Shown here piece after piece: positions 1 through 11,429 of a DNA stretch of 64,000 bases. Origin of the DNA: Massalongia carnosa. Its lineage: Eukaryota. The translations under genes and the position numbers were made by a program. Position 1 is the stretch's first letter. The number at the start of each line of letters is the position of its first letter. The DNA lies in the NCBI GenBank assembly GCA_965645245.1, contig OZ287075.1:1922001-1986000 (forward strand), in the 5' to 3' direction. The notes beneath the pieces were generated by a model. It was not told the origin of the DNA. It was given only the letters and a program-made list of their open reading frames with translations, and searched no databases.

Positions 1-462
1 GAGGCATAAACTTTGAAGATATGAGACTATGGTATGTATGACTCGTAAGAATATTTTACAGGTGTATAGCTGAATGTGATATATCACAAGAACTTCTGCA
101 TTAATGTTAGGTGATTCAAACGAATGAAAGGCATTATATTAATTGCTAAGAAAATCCAGTCCGAGAAATCCCATCAAAGGGCACGATTCCTTTCGAATAA
201 CTGTCTGTCCAAAACGCTATCGTCTGCATGCCTAGGCAAATCTAGCGATCAACCTGGTGACTCATAATAAATGCACTGCAGTAAACAATATAAAAAGGAC
301 CTTGCACCATTCCTCTCCGAAACTGGGTTTTGGACTCCTTACTATCAGCATTCCCCAAATCCCCATTTCTCCCACCGGACCCCTATATTTGCCTACCACG
401 GCAGCGCCTCTATCAATTCCACAGATCATTACCAACCCCCACTCCTCCGGCCCAATCTGACA

Positions 463-687
463 ATGTGGTCCATTAGAATCTCCTTCCGTGGGCCTCCCAC
501 CGATGCCAACGTCCAAGATGTTGTTGCCGCGCTGCACGGCTTGAATATCGCTGTGCAGGAGAAAGGGCGGGGAAGCGATTGGGTGCGCTGGGAGACGGAG
601 GAGATTGTTGAAACGCCGGGTATGTGGGGGCAGTTTGTGATCAACCTCGAGGATATTGTGGATGGGTATCAGGTTATTCGGCTGTGA
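463..687 (+). CDS. small hypothetical protein (74 aa from ATG 463; frame open from 271)
   Basis: ORF MWSIRISFRGPP...YQVIRL with globular-looking composition, preceded by a C-rich leader; no family recognised. Confidence 0.35.
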   Translation: MWSIRISFRGPPTDANVQDVVAALHGLNIAVQEKGRGSDWVRWETEEIVETPGMWGQFVINLEDIVDGYQVIRL

Positions 688-1460
688 TTGTTTTGGCTGC
701 GGGTCTGCCGCGTTGTAGAAGTGGGGGGTTGGAGGGGCAGAGCAGCATTCGAGAGCGCTGAGCTCCTATCCCATTTGACCTTTTTGGGGTGACAATCTCA
801 GACGAGACGTCGGAGATTATGTCTGGGGATGAAATTCAAGCCGAAAGAAGTCTGCTCGCAAGAAATCTGGATGGTTGCTACGTCAACAAATGCCATAAAA
901 GAACGTGTGAAAAGGCTTGAGAGTTTGACATGACTTCCAAACCCTCAAAAGTATTCATCACGAGTGAGTAATAGGTAACAGCTCAGGCTTAAGCACTAGT
1001 CCTACTTGTTAATGGAATTTCTTTTCCGTGTCATTCGATCTGCTTGATGAAAATCTGACCCAAACGTCCTGCTCAGGTGGTGGAAAGAGCTTTAACATCT
1101 AGAAGCTAAACTACAATTATTGCGACCTTGGGTGTCTGGTAGATCAAGAGTGAATAAATGGGCCGTTCGAACTGACTCATGGAATCCTACGTCAAATGTC
1201 TTGAATGAGCCGGTGTGGGCGTTCGGAATAAAGGATCGAACGGCTGCTTGACGGAGTGCAGTCCCATTCGATAAATCGACATCAAACCCTATTGCTCTAA
1301 ACAGCAATCTTGACAGAATCTCGCCAAGTCGGATGCAGATGTTTTTAAGGTAGATGGGAGGAGTGTTGGCCCGCAGACACTCCCACAAAGAATATCAGCA
1401 AGATGACAAGGTTTTCAGAGCACTTGCTAGCTAAGTACGATGCGTCTGCGAGTCTCAAGG

Positions 1461-2577
1461 TTAAGCAAGAAGAGAATCTTGCAAAGGCTGCTCAGCGACA
1501 TTTTCGTATTCAATCTCCATCCTAGCATTTTTGGTCTTGCGGCCTGGCGGTTGTGTGTTCCCACGTCTCCGTTTCGAGCCGATCGTTGCTTTCTTTGTGG
1601 TCATGTCCTCTTCCTCGCTACGAGAATTGCTGGCGTCGCTATCGTCATCCTCATCATCGTCCATTGCAGCCTCATCTTCCCCGCTTTCCCCACCTAGCCA
1701 CTCCTCCAAATCTCCCAGATCCTCGTCTTCCTCATCTTCTAAATCGCTAACATATTCCACATTGCCAATTCCTTCGTCTTCGAGCTCTAACTCGTCCTCT
1801 AGCTCCTCTTCCTCTTCCACAATCCCTTCATCCAGGTCCTCGTCTCGTTGACCTTTGCCTTCTCGCTCCAAGCCTCTCAGCACTTTCTTCCAAACCCCTT
1901 CCTCTACATTCAGCGGCCTATCCCCATACGCCCCGCTCCTTAGCCGCTCAATCAGTTCGCGCTCGATCGCCCTCTCCACCTTCGCTGCAGCCTCGGCCTT
2001 CCTCTCCCTTGTCTCTTCCCGCCTTCTCACCTTGGGTGCCAACTTCGGCACAACTTTCTCCCCCAACCTCTCTTCTTCCTTGGCCAGCCGTCGAGTTCGG
2101 ATGGCAACTTGCGTAAGTCTTGTAAGCCTCTGCTTGCATTTGTGGATCAGGAATTTTGGCCAGTAAATTAGTCGCTCGTCGATTTGTTCGAGCGCTTTGG
2201 CATAATTCTGTGAGAGCTTAATGCGTTCCCACAATTTCGAGGGCATATGCTGCCGCTCGATGACTTTCATGTAGAGGTAGAGCGTGCCGGTCTCGGGGTT
2301 AGAGCGAATCCTATCAAGTGGATGTCAGTGCTAAAGCATTTTTTCGTGTCCCAAGCAGAATTACGTGGCATAGCGAGAATTAGCAAGGGGGCAGCTTTGG
2401 CGATTGCAGAGCCCGGTGACATTGTATTCGTTGCGGCAAAAGTTCTTTTCTTTGGTGGTTCTAGTGGAGCGTTAGCAGAGCAGAGTTTTAAGGGGAGATT
2501 TTCAGGTCTAGGCACTTGAGTTTAAAGGAGCAAAATTGCTGGTTAATAACCTGCCAGACAATCTCATCGGACGCCAT
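1461..2577 (-). CDS. MAK16: Mak16, 60S ribosome biogenesis protein (3 exons)
   Basis: Spliced N-terminus [57 protein letters not shown]...LYMKVIER, then [32 protein letters not shown], and an acidic tail with EIEYE. Confidence 0.96.
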
Positions 2578-2741
2578 AATTTTGCGCTTTAAACCCGACA
2601 ATTCGAATATCGATATGCAATGAGATTTGTGGTTATGGAGGAAAAACAGCCGAGATTTACGCTAGTGTAAAATACAGTTTAAGAGCTCTCAATTTGTTAT
2701 TTCTTCACTCCAAACTCCAGTCAGTTATTCCCAAGCATTGT

Positions 2742-4687
2742 ATGGTGCAATTAAGCTGGGGAATGCGACATTGGCGAAACAACTGCTGGAGGATCAGGGA
2801 ACGCCTACAAGTTCAACGCGGTCCGGAAATTTCAAGCTTCGCGCGTGCTCCGAGTTCTTTCTTGCAAGCCAAGCATGATGCTCTGACCTTAAGGCACCGG
2901 AGAACTTTAAAAGGTTTTCCGCGGTATTTCAGTCCGGGCGATCAATTTTTCAGCGTCCTGAAACAGCATGATAGCACTATCTACGCGTTGTCTACTGCCC
3001 CTGGCAGATCCGCCATTGCAATAATACGCGTCTCGGGCTCAGCTTGCTTAGAGGTGAGCACTCCTCTGGGTGTGTAAAAACCAGATGGTAATTCTAAGAA
3101 GGTATATCAAGGACTTTGTCCTGGGAAACCACCTCCAAAGCCGAGATATGCCACCCTCCGAACTCTGTACGATCCAGCAAGCCCACCGGCGAATACCCAA
3201 GTCCTAGACCCTAATGCGCTGGTCTTATTTTTTCCAGCGCCAAATACCGTCACGGGAGAAGACGTACTTGAGCTCCACCTTCATGGAGGGGCCGCAGTAG
3301 TGAAAGCCGTAATGCAGGCGATTCCCAAAACTCTTCCTCCTATTGTGGGCAATCTGCAAGTATTACGATATGCTGAGCCTGGGGAGTTTACGCGCCGAGC
3401 CTTTTACAATGGAAGACTTGATTTGACTCAGGTCGAGGCACTTGGAGACACCCTATCTGCCGAGACGGAACAGCAACGTCGGCTGGCGGTAAGAGGAGCT
3501 GCGAACGCGCTGTCCCAAGAGTACGACCGATGCCGACACATGTTGCTGCATGCCCGAGGTGAATTGGAGGCTCTCATAGATTTCTCGGAAGATCAACATT
3601 TTGACGAATCTCCCAAGCAACTTCTTCATGCTGTTGCGAATCGTATTGAGCATCTCCGCAAGCAGTTGCTGACAAATATTCGGAATGCGTTTCGCGGGGA
3701 GTTACTCCGCAATGGCATCAGTGTCGCTCTGATTGGCGCTCCAAACGCAGGGAAGAGCTCACTGCTTAATAGAATCGTGAAGAGAGAAGCCTCGATTGTG
3801 AGCAAGCAGGAAGGAACGACAAGGGATGTGGTCGAAGTGGGCGTCGATATTGGGGGATTCTATTGCAGATTTGGTGACCTTGCGGGCCTGCGGAAAAGCT
3901 CTATAGGGCGAGGAAATATTGGAGAGGTCGAAATGGAAGGGATACGACGAGCAAAGGCGCATGCACGAGACTCCGATCTCATCGTTCTTGTTCTCTCGAT
4001 GGAGGATATTCTGCATGGAAAGCACACATTTATCAATGCAGAGGTGGAGGAGTCTCTAAGATCTTATGATTCTGAAAGCCAAAGACTAGTCTGTGTGGTT
4101 AATAAGTCGGACCTCGACCGGAAGCCTACTGCTCCAATGCCTTTGATATCTAAGATTAAGCAGCATCCAGCTTTGGAAAGGTTGGGTGCAAAAGGTGCGT
4201 TACCGCTTTTTGTCATATCATGTAAAGAAGCAAAGGCCTCGCAACCCGACATCCAAGATCCTGGCGGTATCCAGTTCCTGCTGGATGGCCTGGTGCACGT
4301 CTTCCAGGGGATGACATCCCCGATCCATTCGGGTCTCGTCGACTCGTCAGTTTGGGAACAGTCTCTCGGAGCAACGGAGCGGCAGCGTCTGTTGCTGCAA
4401 GAATGCTCTCGGCACCTCGAGTCCTTTCTCGCAGAGGTGAGGTTTCCCGAGGACAGTTCCGGCTACGCTCAGGACAGGGAGAATGAGGAGGACATTGACG
4501 TTGTCCTTGCAGCCGAACACCTTCGGTCTGCTGCCGACTGTTTGGCACGGATTACAGGCAACGGCGAGGCTGGGGACGTGGAAGAAGTCTTGGGAGTGGT
4601 GTTTGAAAAGTATATAAAGATGCATTTAAGAAGATACTCTAAAGACATGCTGAACATATTGTTTACAGATTTTGTGTGGGAAAATAA
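2742..4687 (+). CDS. MSS1: mitochondrial tRNA modification GTPase MnmE/TrmE (3 exons; start ATG 2742 or 2763)
   Basis: TIYALSTAPGRSAIAIIRVSG, TVTGEDVLELHLHGG, AEPGEFTRRAF, G1 GAPNAGKSS, GTTRD, DLAGLR, NKSD; terminal exon FCVGK* after an intron at about 4610-4668. Confidence 0.95.
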
Positions 4688-4876
4688 ATCGCCGAAAAAC
4701 TCCGTCCATGCAACGCTACCAAACGCCTGGAATGCATGCATCTATTCGCCCTGAAGCATCAATCTATAAAGTTCGCGAGTCAACTCGAGCGATTTTCCTC
4801 CCTAAAGTTCACAGTCATGCTCTTCCTGAGAGCCAAAAATAATATACCCTTAGACCACCCATCGGCCAAAGGCTTT

Positions 4877-5869
4877 TCATGATAGGAAAGGTGATCGGTT
4901 TGGTGATCGACTGGGTGGGGTTCCGTTGTATCCACCTCGGCCGGTAAGCACCGGTGAATCCATTGCAGTAGCCGCTCCTAGTCTTGGTGATGAGTTGTAT
5001 CCGCCTCGGCCGGTTAACGACGCAGTTTCTGGGATTGCAGGGGACTTGCTTCTCGGCGATGCGTTGTATCCACCTCGTCCCATGGGCATTGGTGAATCGG
5101 GCGGGGTTGGAGTGCCAATTCTGGGTGATGCGGCGCGGCCTGACCGTCTTTCAGGCGACGGGTTGGATGAGGTGGCAGGAGAACCATTTCGAGGGGTGCC
5201 GTTGTATCCTCCCCTTCCCATTGCGACGAGCTGTTGGCCGATCGAAGCTGGAGAGTCGCTTCTGGGCGTAGCGTTATATCCTCCCCTTCCCATTGGGATG
5301 GGCTGTTGGCCTATCGAGGATGGAGAACCGTTCCTGGGAGAAGCATTGTATCCTCCGCGTCCCTGGGGCACCGGCTGCGCGATGGGCGCTGGGGATCTGC
5401 TTCTCGGGGAACCATTGTATCCTCCTCGGCCCATGGGCACAGGCTGCGCAGTCGGCACGGGGGCTCTACTTTGTGCCCTCATCTCAGCAAGCGACGCGCT
5501 CGGGGGCGACGCATTGTATCCCCCGCGACCCATGTTCAGCGCCTGCAACATGGCCGGAACCGGCGATCGGCTCCTCGCCCTGAAGTCCCCGGCGGTCGGG
5601 GACGGGCTACGACTCGCGGCGTTGTAGCCGCCTCGTCCCGTCAGGCCGGCTTCGGCGGTGAGGAGATGCTCTTGGGTGCGGCCGCGCGATACGGATCGCG
5701 AGCGTGACCGGCGCTCCTCCTGCCCGAGCGGGTGGTGATGGCATTTTGCGTTATAGCCGCCACGACCGCTGTTGGCGAGTTGGTGGGCGAAGGGAGCGTG
5801 TTGGGTGGCGATGGGGGTGGGAGGGGTTGTGGTGGTAGTAGGGGCGGGCGGGGAAATGACACGGACCAT
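4877..5869 (-). CDS. intronless low-complexity protein with 10 perfect GRGGYN repeats and SP/RS-rich linkers
   Basis: 330 aa ORF; the ten cores are identical in protein but use different synonymous codons; no signal peptide. Confidence 0.88.
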   Translation of the reverse strand: MVRVISPPAPTTTTTPPTPIATQHAPFAHQLANSGRGGYNAKCHHHPLGQEERRSRSRSVSRGRTQEHLLTAEAGLTGRGGYNAASRSPSPTAGDFRARSRSPVPAMLQALNMGRGGYNASPPSASLAEMRAQSRAPVPTAQPVPMGRGGYNGSPRSRSPAPIAQPVPQGRGGYNASPRNGSPSSIGQQPIPMGRGGYNATPRSDSPASIGQQLVAMGRGGYNGTPRNGSPATSSNPSPERRSGRAASPRIGTPTPPDSPMPMGRGGYNASPRSKSPAIPETASLTGRGGYNSSPRLGAATAMDSPVLTGRGGYNGTPPSRSPNRSPFLS

Positions 5870-6554
5870 GGCTTCTTTGGGGGAGGGAGGTTTTGAGTGT
5901 GTTGTTGGCAGGCGAAAAGTCAGACGGGTGGGTTTCGCGGTAGAGGAACGGCGCGTACAAGACGTTGTTGGGTGTTGGGGATGATTGATCGTAGGAGAGA
6001 AAACAGATGAACGGAAATCCCGAGTTAGCTATGTAATATATGCTAGTGGATGGTCGATTTGGGGGTTTTGGCGGTCAGGTGATTGATTGATTGATTCACG
6101 GGGGATCGACGGGATCGACTGATTGTTTGTTTTGTTTGTTAGACTCTGTCTTTTTCTGCTTGGTCCATGTTGGTTCCTCCCACGATATATATATTCTTAT
6201 TAATAACGCCCAACGGTGCTGCTTCTCCTGCTCCTCCTGCTCCATCCTATGCCTGCCTGCTTGCCTGCTTTCGTGCCTAGTTGATTTCTGCCTGCATTCC
6301 TCCATTCCCCCTCCCTAGTAAACCATCCCTGCTGCATACATGCAATGCGGGCATGTAACCCTTGCACCAAAAAAAGCCCCCTCCGAGAGTCCTTTGGGAG
6401 AAGGGCGGCGATTCATCATCCTCCACTCGTGGGCATCTCGCTGAATGTTCCCTATTCCAAAATAAAAAATAAAAAACACCCCATCACAATACCGCTAAGC
6501 CCATTCTTGGCATATTACAGAGTACGGAGTGACCTTCCTTACCTACCCGTACTG

Positions 6555-6591
6555 CATCGCATCGCATCGCAGCGCAGCGCAGCGCAGCGCA
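6555..6591. repeat. compound pentanucleotide microsatellite (GCATC)3(GCAGC)4
   Basis: gcatcgcatcgcatcgcagcgcagcgcagcgcagcgc read directly. Confidence 0.85.
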
Positions 6592-7391
6592 ATCTTACCT
6601 CATTCCAATCTCATCTCATCCTCTGTTCGTTCGTTCGTGCAGATTTGCCAGCCCCCACAGCCCTACAGTCCCTTTGTTAGATACATGCTTGCATGGTCAA
6701 AGTATTATTACATGGCTCATACAGCGTGCAGCGTGTAGCGTATCAAGATCCCCGGGTCCCGGGGAAGGATACAGAGATAGCAAGAAGCTAGCCAACCAAA
6801 GAGGAGGTTTAGTTCAGAGAGTATTCTGTACAGAGTAAGGACCGCCCGACCGACCGAGCGGTCGGGTCAGATTCGTTACGCTAAGTTGGTTGTACCTGCG
6901 TCTTCATGGACTTGGGTGGTGTGGGAAACCACGTGGTTCTCGCCCAAGGGATGGAAATAGAACTTCGCGGTGGGATGGAGATAAGGAATAGTAATTAGTC
7001 ACGAGGGGAAAGTAAGGCCTGAGGATCGAGTTTGGGGTTTTGTGTTTCCGAATTTTAGCTTTACGAATGGTGCTTTAGGACCTTTTACCTCTGTACAAAG
7101 TGCATACACCTCGGCAGTTACAGAGTAGCAATGTTGGCATCAACCCCAAGTTGGCTCTACTCCAAGTTGGTTCTACTCCTCGCTGCTTGCTGCGGTGTGA
7201 AAACGTGTGTGGGGTGTGTGGGTGCGCCCTACACGTGCCATGTGCGGTGTGTAACAAGTTCTACGAAACCTACCCATCGGTGTGGGTAGGATCAGAAGGA
7301 TTGGTACCTGAATAACCCGTAGCCAATGAGAATAAGAGAGATGATACCTTTTCCCTCTTGGGGTTAGGAAACTGCATTCCTACTACCCAGC

Positions 7392-7632
7392 CACGCGAGT
7401 GACGGAATTAAATTTACACCGAACCTTTTTCCTCACCAAAATCACCGGATTTTCTATCATAAACCGTAGCGTTTTTTTAGTTAATTTCATGGTTTTTTGA
7501 ACTTCAATAATCAAATCAATAATCTGCCATTCTGTCTTCATCATCAATCACTGCTTGCAAACTTTTAGGCATTAAATCACGATGATTTTGGTGGGGGAAT
7601 TTTGGTGTAAATTTAATTTTGTCACCTGCGTG
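7392..7632. mobile_element. 241 bp non-autonomous TIR element, CAC...GTG termini, 5 bp TSD (Transib-like signature)
   Basis: Left cacgcgagtgacggaattaaatttacaccg...caccaaaatca matches the reverse complement of the right end (cacgcaggtgacaaaattaaatttacacca...caccaaaatca); CCAGC at 7387-7391 and 7633-7637. Confidence 0.85.
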
Positions 7633-9199
7633 CCAGCCAAGGCGAGGCTAGTTAGGTGGTTACGTGACGGAATTCTGGTTTGACAGATACCTAGTGAAAA
7701 TCACGGTGAGCGCATGCTTTGGACATACCTATCAAGGAGAGTTCGTGATAACGATGATGAGTTTGGATGGATGGAATCATTACATGGGTGACTCCACCGT
7801 GTTCCTTAGGCTACCGAGCCACAGAACTAAGTCCTAGAGAAACGATGCAGGAACCAATCCGATGAAAGGGAGGATTGGGAAACACCACGTCTTCCCAACC
7901 ATCAAACTCCCTCAGGAGTGCAGGGATCCCGAAACCATGGGATTTTCTGGAAGCAGAAGAAGGCAGAAAAGAACATGGAACACTATTTTCTTCCAAGCCA
8001 CCGAATGAACTAGGTAGTTCAACCAATCACGACCTCACTCCGGAAGCCTGGGACAAGCGAACATGCGATGATGATGAACCATGATGATAATTATCAAAAT
8101 AGAAAAACCCCATGATTATAATTGCCGTTGCCGTATCACCGTTTCGATGTCAAGAACCGACTCCCAAGGAAAAAGCGAATAGGAAGGGTGAAGGGCCTGC
8201 CTGAGTGAGTAAGCGGTGTGGTACGCTATGCAGATTGTAAGCGAGAGAAAGAGGGCACGGAGGGGGCACGGGGGTAATGGGTCGCGCTTAGCCTGTGTAA
8301 GGTGTGGTATAGAGTTCACAGTCAGATATAGTACAATAAGTATGAAAGGTGCATGGAGGCTGAAGGGGGAGTTTGGCCGTGACGGTGCATGATTCATGAT
8401 TGGATGGATTTAGAAACGTATTTTTAGCAATTCTTGGAAGCAAGCAGGGGTAGGAATTTGACTCATTGGACGTGCGAAAGAGACGATGATTGCTCGCTGT
8501 AAGGTCCCTGGGAGTGGGCCTGCCTGACTAACTGATGAATGATGCTGAGTGGATCCACCATGCTGGATGACTCAATATTCATCAGGAATAAGTCGAGTCG
8601 AACAGTGACAGGATTCGTAGAACGGAGCGACTGAATTACATATCAATTCCACTCGGTTCTCTCTGGAGACGGGCGATGAGGAGCAAAAAAAGGATCGTAG
8701 CTATAATTACCTCCTGTTCATATGTCAGATATGCAAGCGTTATTTGGTCGTCGGTTGGAAATCTTTGGAAAGTAGGAATGATTCGTGGTGACGACCACCT
8801 TACCCGCCTACGAAACGTCGCTAGGAAATCTAAGATCTATTCCTGGGGCCATCCGTCGAAGAGAACCTGAATGCTATCTCGGATGATTTGTGCCTACGTT
8901 TCGTCGCGTCACCCTGCTACAACCCAAAGATGCAAGCCTCGGGTATCACTCGTCAGGCGGGCACAGAGTCGTAGTGGCTCGGATCTGCTTCCCCTAGGGC
9001 TCCGTCGTGCTGGTATGGAAACGGCAATTCGATCTCTAAACCAGATCCTGCCTTTGGCTCCATAGATACGTTGAGAGTCATTCTTTCTAGGTGTTGCTTA
9101 TGGTGTCAGTGAAGGATGATTCATTCTGGTAGTGTTCATAATCGTAAATCTTCGGGAGCGGGACAGCGTTTTAAGCTTAGCTTAGAGATTGTTATGACT

Positions 9200-10020
9200 G
9201 GTAATTGGTGGCAAGGTAACTTGTAGCAAGTATTCCCCTTTCTAGGTATCCTTCACGGCCACAAGAGTGGGGACGTTATTCGCCCTCTGAGTCAGATCCT
9301 CTGGTTAGCGAACAACCCTAGCGGCGCTGGGATCACAGCTGTGACGGAGAAAGAGCACAAGGGTAAACGGTAGCGAAAGCCAATCCGGCAAGAATAGGGC
9401 CGCTGCTAGTTACGGAGGAGACCTCGAAGCAGGATCAACGGTATTTTTCCGAAAGCCATATTGAGTAGCCAGAGCATAATCAGTCCATTGTCATCTCCGT
9501 CAAAGGGCTCATGATACAATGCCGCGGCCTTGGTGTAGCACGTCATCTAGCAAGTATTGTCAACAAGGACCCAAAAGCAGTCATCGCAATGCAGTAAATG
9601 CTTTATGTTCAAAGTTCCAAAGATCGAGGATTCCTCCAAGATTGCTCCCCCTCATTCATATTCCCTAGCAGCTTGACCTGCTTCCGTCCCAAGACAGGTT
9701 TGATAACAGGATAGGCCTGGCGAACGATCGTACCTCTTTGTAACTTTTTCTCGGCTTGCTATCGCGAACTATTCGCCTTCTATTAGATTATTGGCGCCTC
9801 GACCTAGTGGTTTGTCAACTCCGTTGGTAACCAGCGGAAACATCAGTTGTCGAAAAACCCTGGTGCGTTCCTCGCGCTCTTGAACATTAGGGGGAACTGC
9901 GCTGTATAGGAGGAGCTCGATGATCATCTTGTGCCCACAATACACCCTTATGACGTTCAAAGTGGCTAATGAGAGAGCACGTCTAACGAGACATCGCTGG
10001 ATTACGAACATAAAACCCAA
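9200..10020 (-). pseudogene. possible decayed ankyrin-repeat gene fragment
   Basis: GHKMIIELLLYSAVPPNVQEREERT resembles an ankyrin helix-2/loop consensus; surrounding frames are broken; boundaries approximate. Confidence 0.3.
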
Positions 10021-11429
10021 AGTGCCCGTTATGCCATAGCTCCTTATATCGTTGGCGAGCCACCTCGGCGAACAGGCTATTTTCCAGCAACGATCCTCTT
10101 ACAAGCATGTCCAATGCTCTACGAGACTCCAGGATAAATTATATTTAATGATAAACCACCAAACCTTGGACCCAGCCAAATCAACCGTTTTTATTGAACA
10201 CTGCTAGCCTCTTGTGTCACCGGCAGTCGATCTACAGCTCTGATGTTGCCATTAGTCTTCAATGAAGTATTCTGTTAGAATACAACGTGGAAACACGTGG
10301 CATCGGAGGCTTTTCTCTGAAAGCGGTGGTAAGGTGCGATCACCCGGAAAATATGCTGCGTGTGATCGGGTTCGAAGAAATTGTTGGCTGATATAGGTTT
10401 CGTCGACTCATCCAAGGATTTTCAGTCGCAATAGCAGGACCGATATAGACGAGATTTTTGTCCTCGCTTTTTACAACCACGCAAGAGCTTTTGTATATGA
10501 ACGAAAGAGAAAACAGCTAGGTACCACAGAGAACGACCTCAAAACGCATCCTAAGGATCTCTTATCAAGAGACGGACGGACTAGATGGATGTTTCTTTCA
10601 ATATATACTTATTGATAGCATAACTATGGTAAGAGTTCCATGGAGGCCAGCCTTAACCTTGGGGCACATTGAAGTTTGGCTTATCGTCACCATTACCAGA
10701 ATATAACCCTTTATTGGCGATCGCGGTTACAAAATAATCGTTCTATTTTGACATTTCAGCTCTTCCTGATTAACTTAGTGCAAAATTTGGAACATCGTAG
10801 GAGTAATAAGATTTATGAAAATGCTTATAAGAAAAACATTTCCCACGTCAGATATAGGAGCATCAAAGCTAAGCCTTAGATTTTTGAATTGCGTCATGCC
10901 TCGCTCAACCTTCAAGGGGGGATTCTTTGAAGTTCATTGAGAACATTTTTATAATGTTTCAACGGGTTTTCACAAAGTATTTGCAAGCCAATCTCTTGAA
11001 CCGTGTTCCATGATTGCAGAACATCAAAATAGGCCATGCGGTTGTGATATAGAAAGAAATTTTATTTCAATAGTTGAGGAAAACTAACGAATGCTAACCT
11101 CTCTTGATGACTGTCGACGCTCAGCCGTACATGTTTTGGATTTGAGAGCACCACAGAAATGATGCGACATGATGGGAGGTTTTCGAAGTCCAAACTTTTA
11201 ATGCCATATTGTCACGCTTCGTCGATAGTAGTCCCTTCAGAAATGCCGCCGCTCTACTGCATCGATACCAATGCATTTTACACTGACCTACCAGGAATCA
11301 TGTCAAGACATTTGCTTTCGTTGGGAAGCTATATATGAAATTTGCCGTAACCACGACGTATTAAGGGCTAGGTGAGAAGCACGTTAAATTTCAATGAAGA
11401 TTGGCTATTGTCCCTGACTCAAGGAACCT

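Noticed and set aside
1531..1851. Poly-Ser ORF
   Set aside because: Antisense shadow of the Mak16 acidic tail
4926..5627. 233 aa + strand ORF with LYPPRP repeats
   Set aside because: Antisense shadow of the GRGGYN gene; nucleotide changes are synonymous only in the minus-strand frame (PRP/PLP vary here)
4877..5869. CRISPR-like reading of short repeats with variable spacers
   Set aside because: Eukaryotic context, repeats degenerate at third codon positions, spacers keep the reading frame, no cas genes
7875..8084. ORF resembling an N-myristoylated MGNTTSS protein
   Set aside because: Begins with TTG rather than ATG, short, no further support
10320..10380. tRNA-like GGGTTCGAA B-box
   Set aside because: No cloverleaf or acceptor stem can be formed; only one small hairpin
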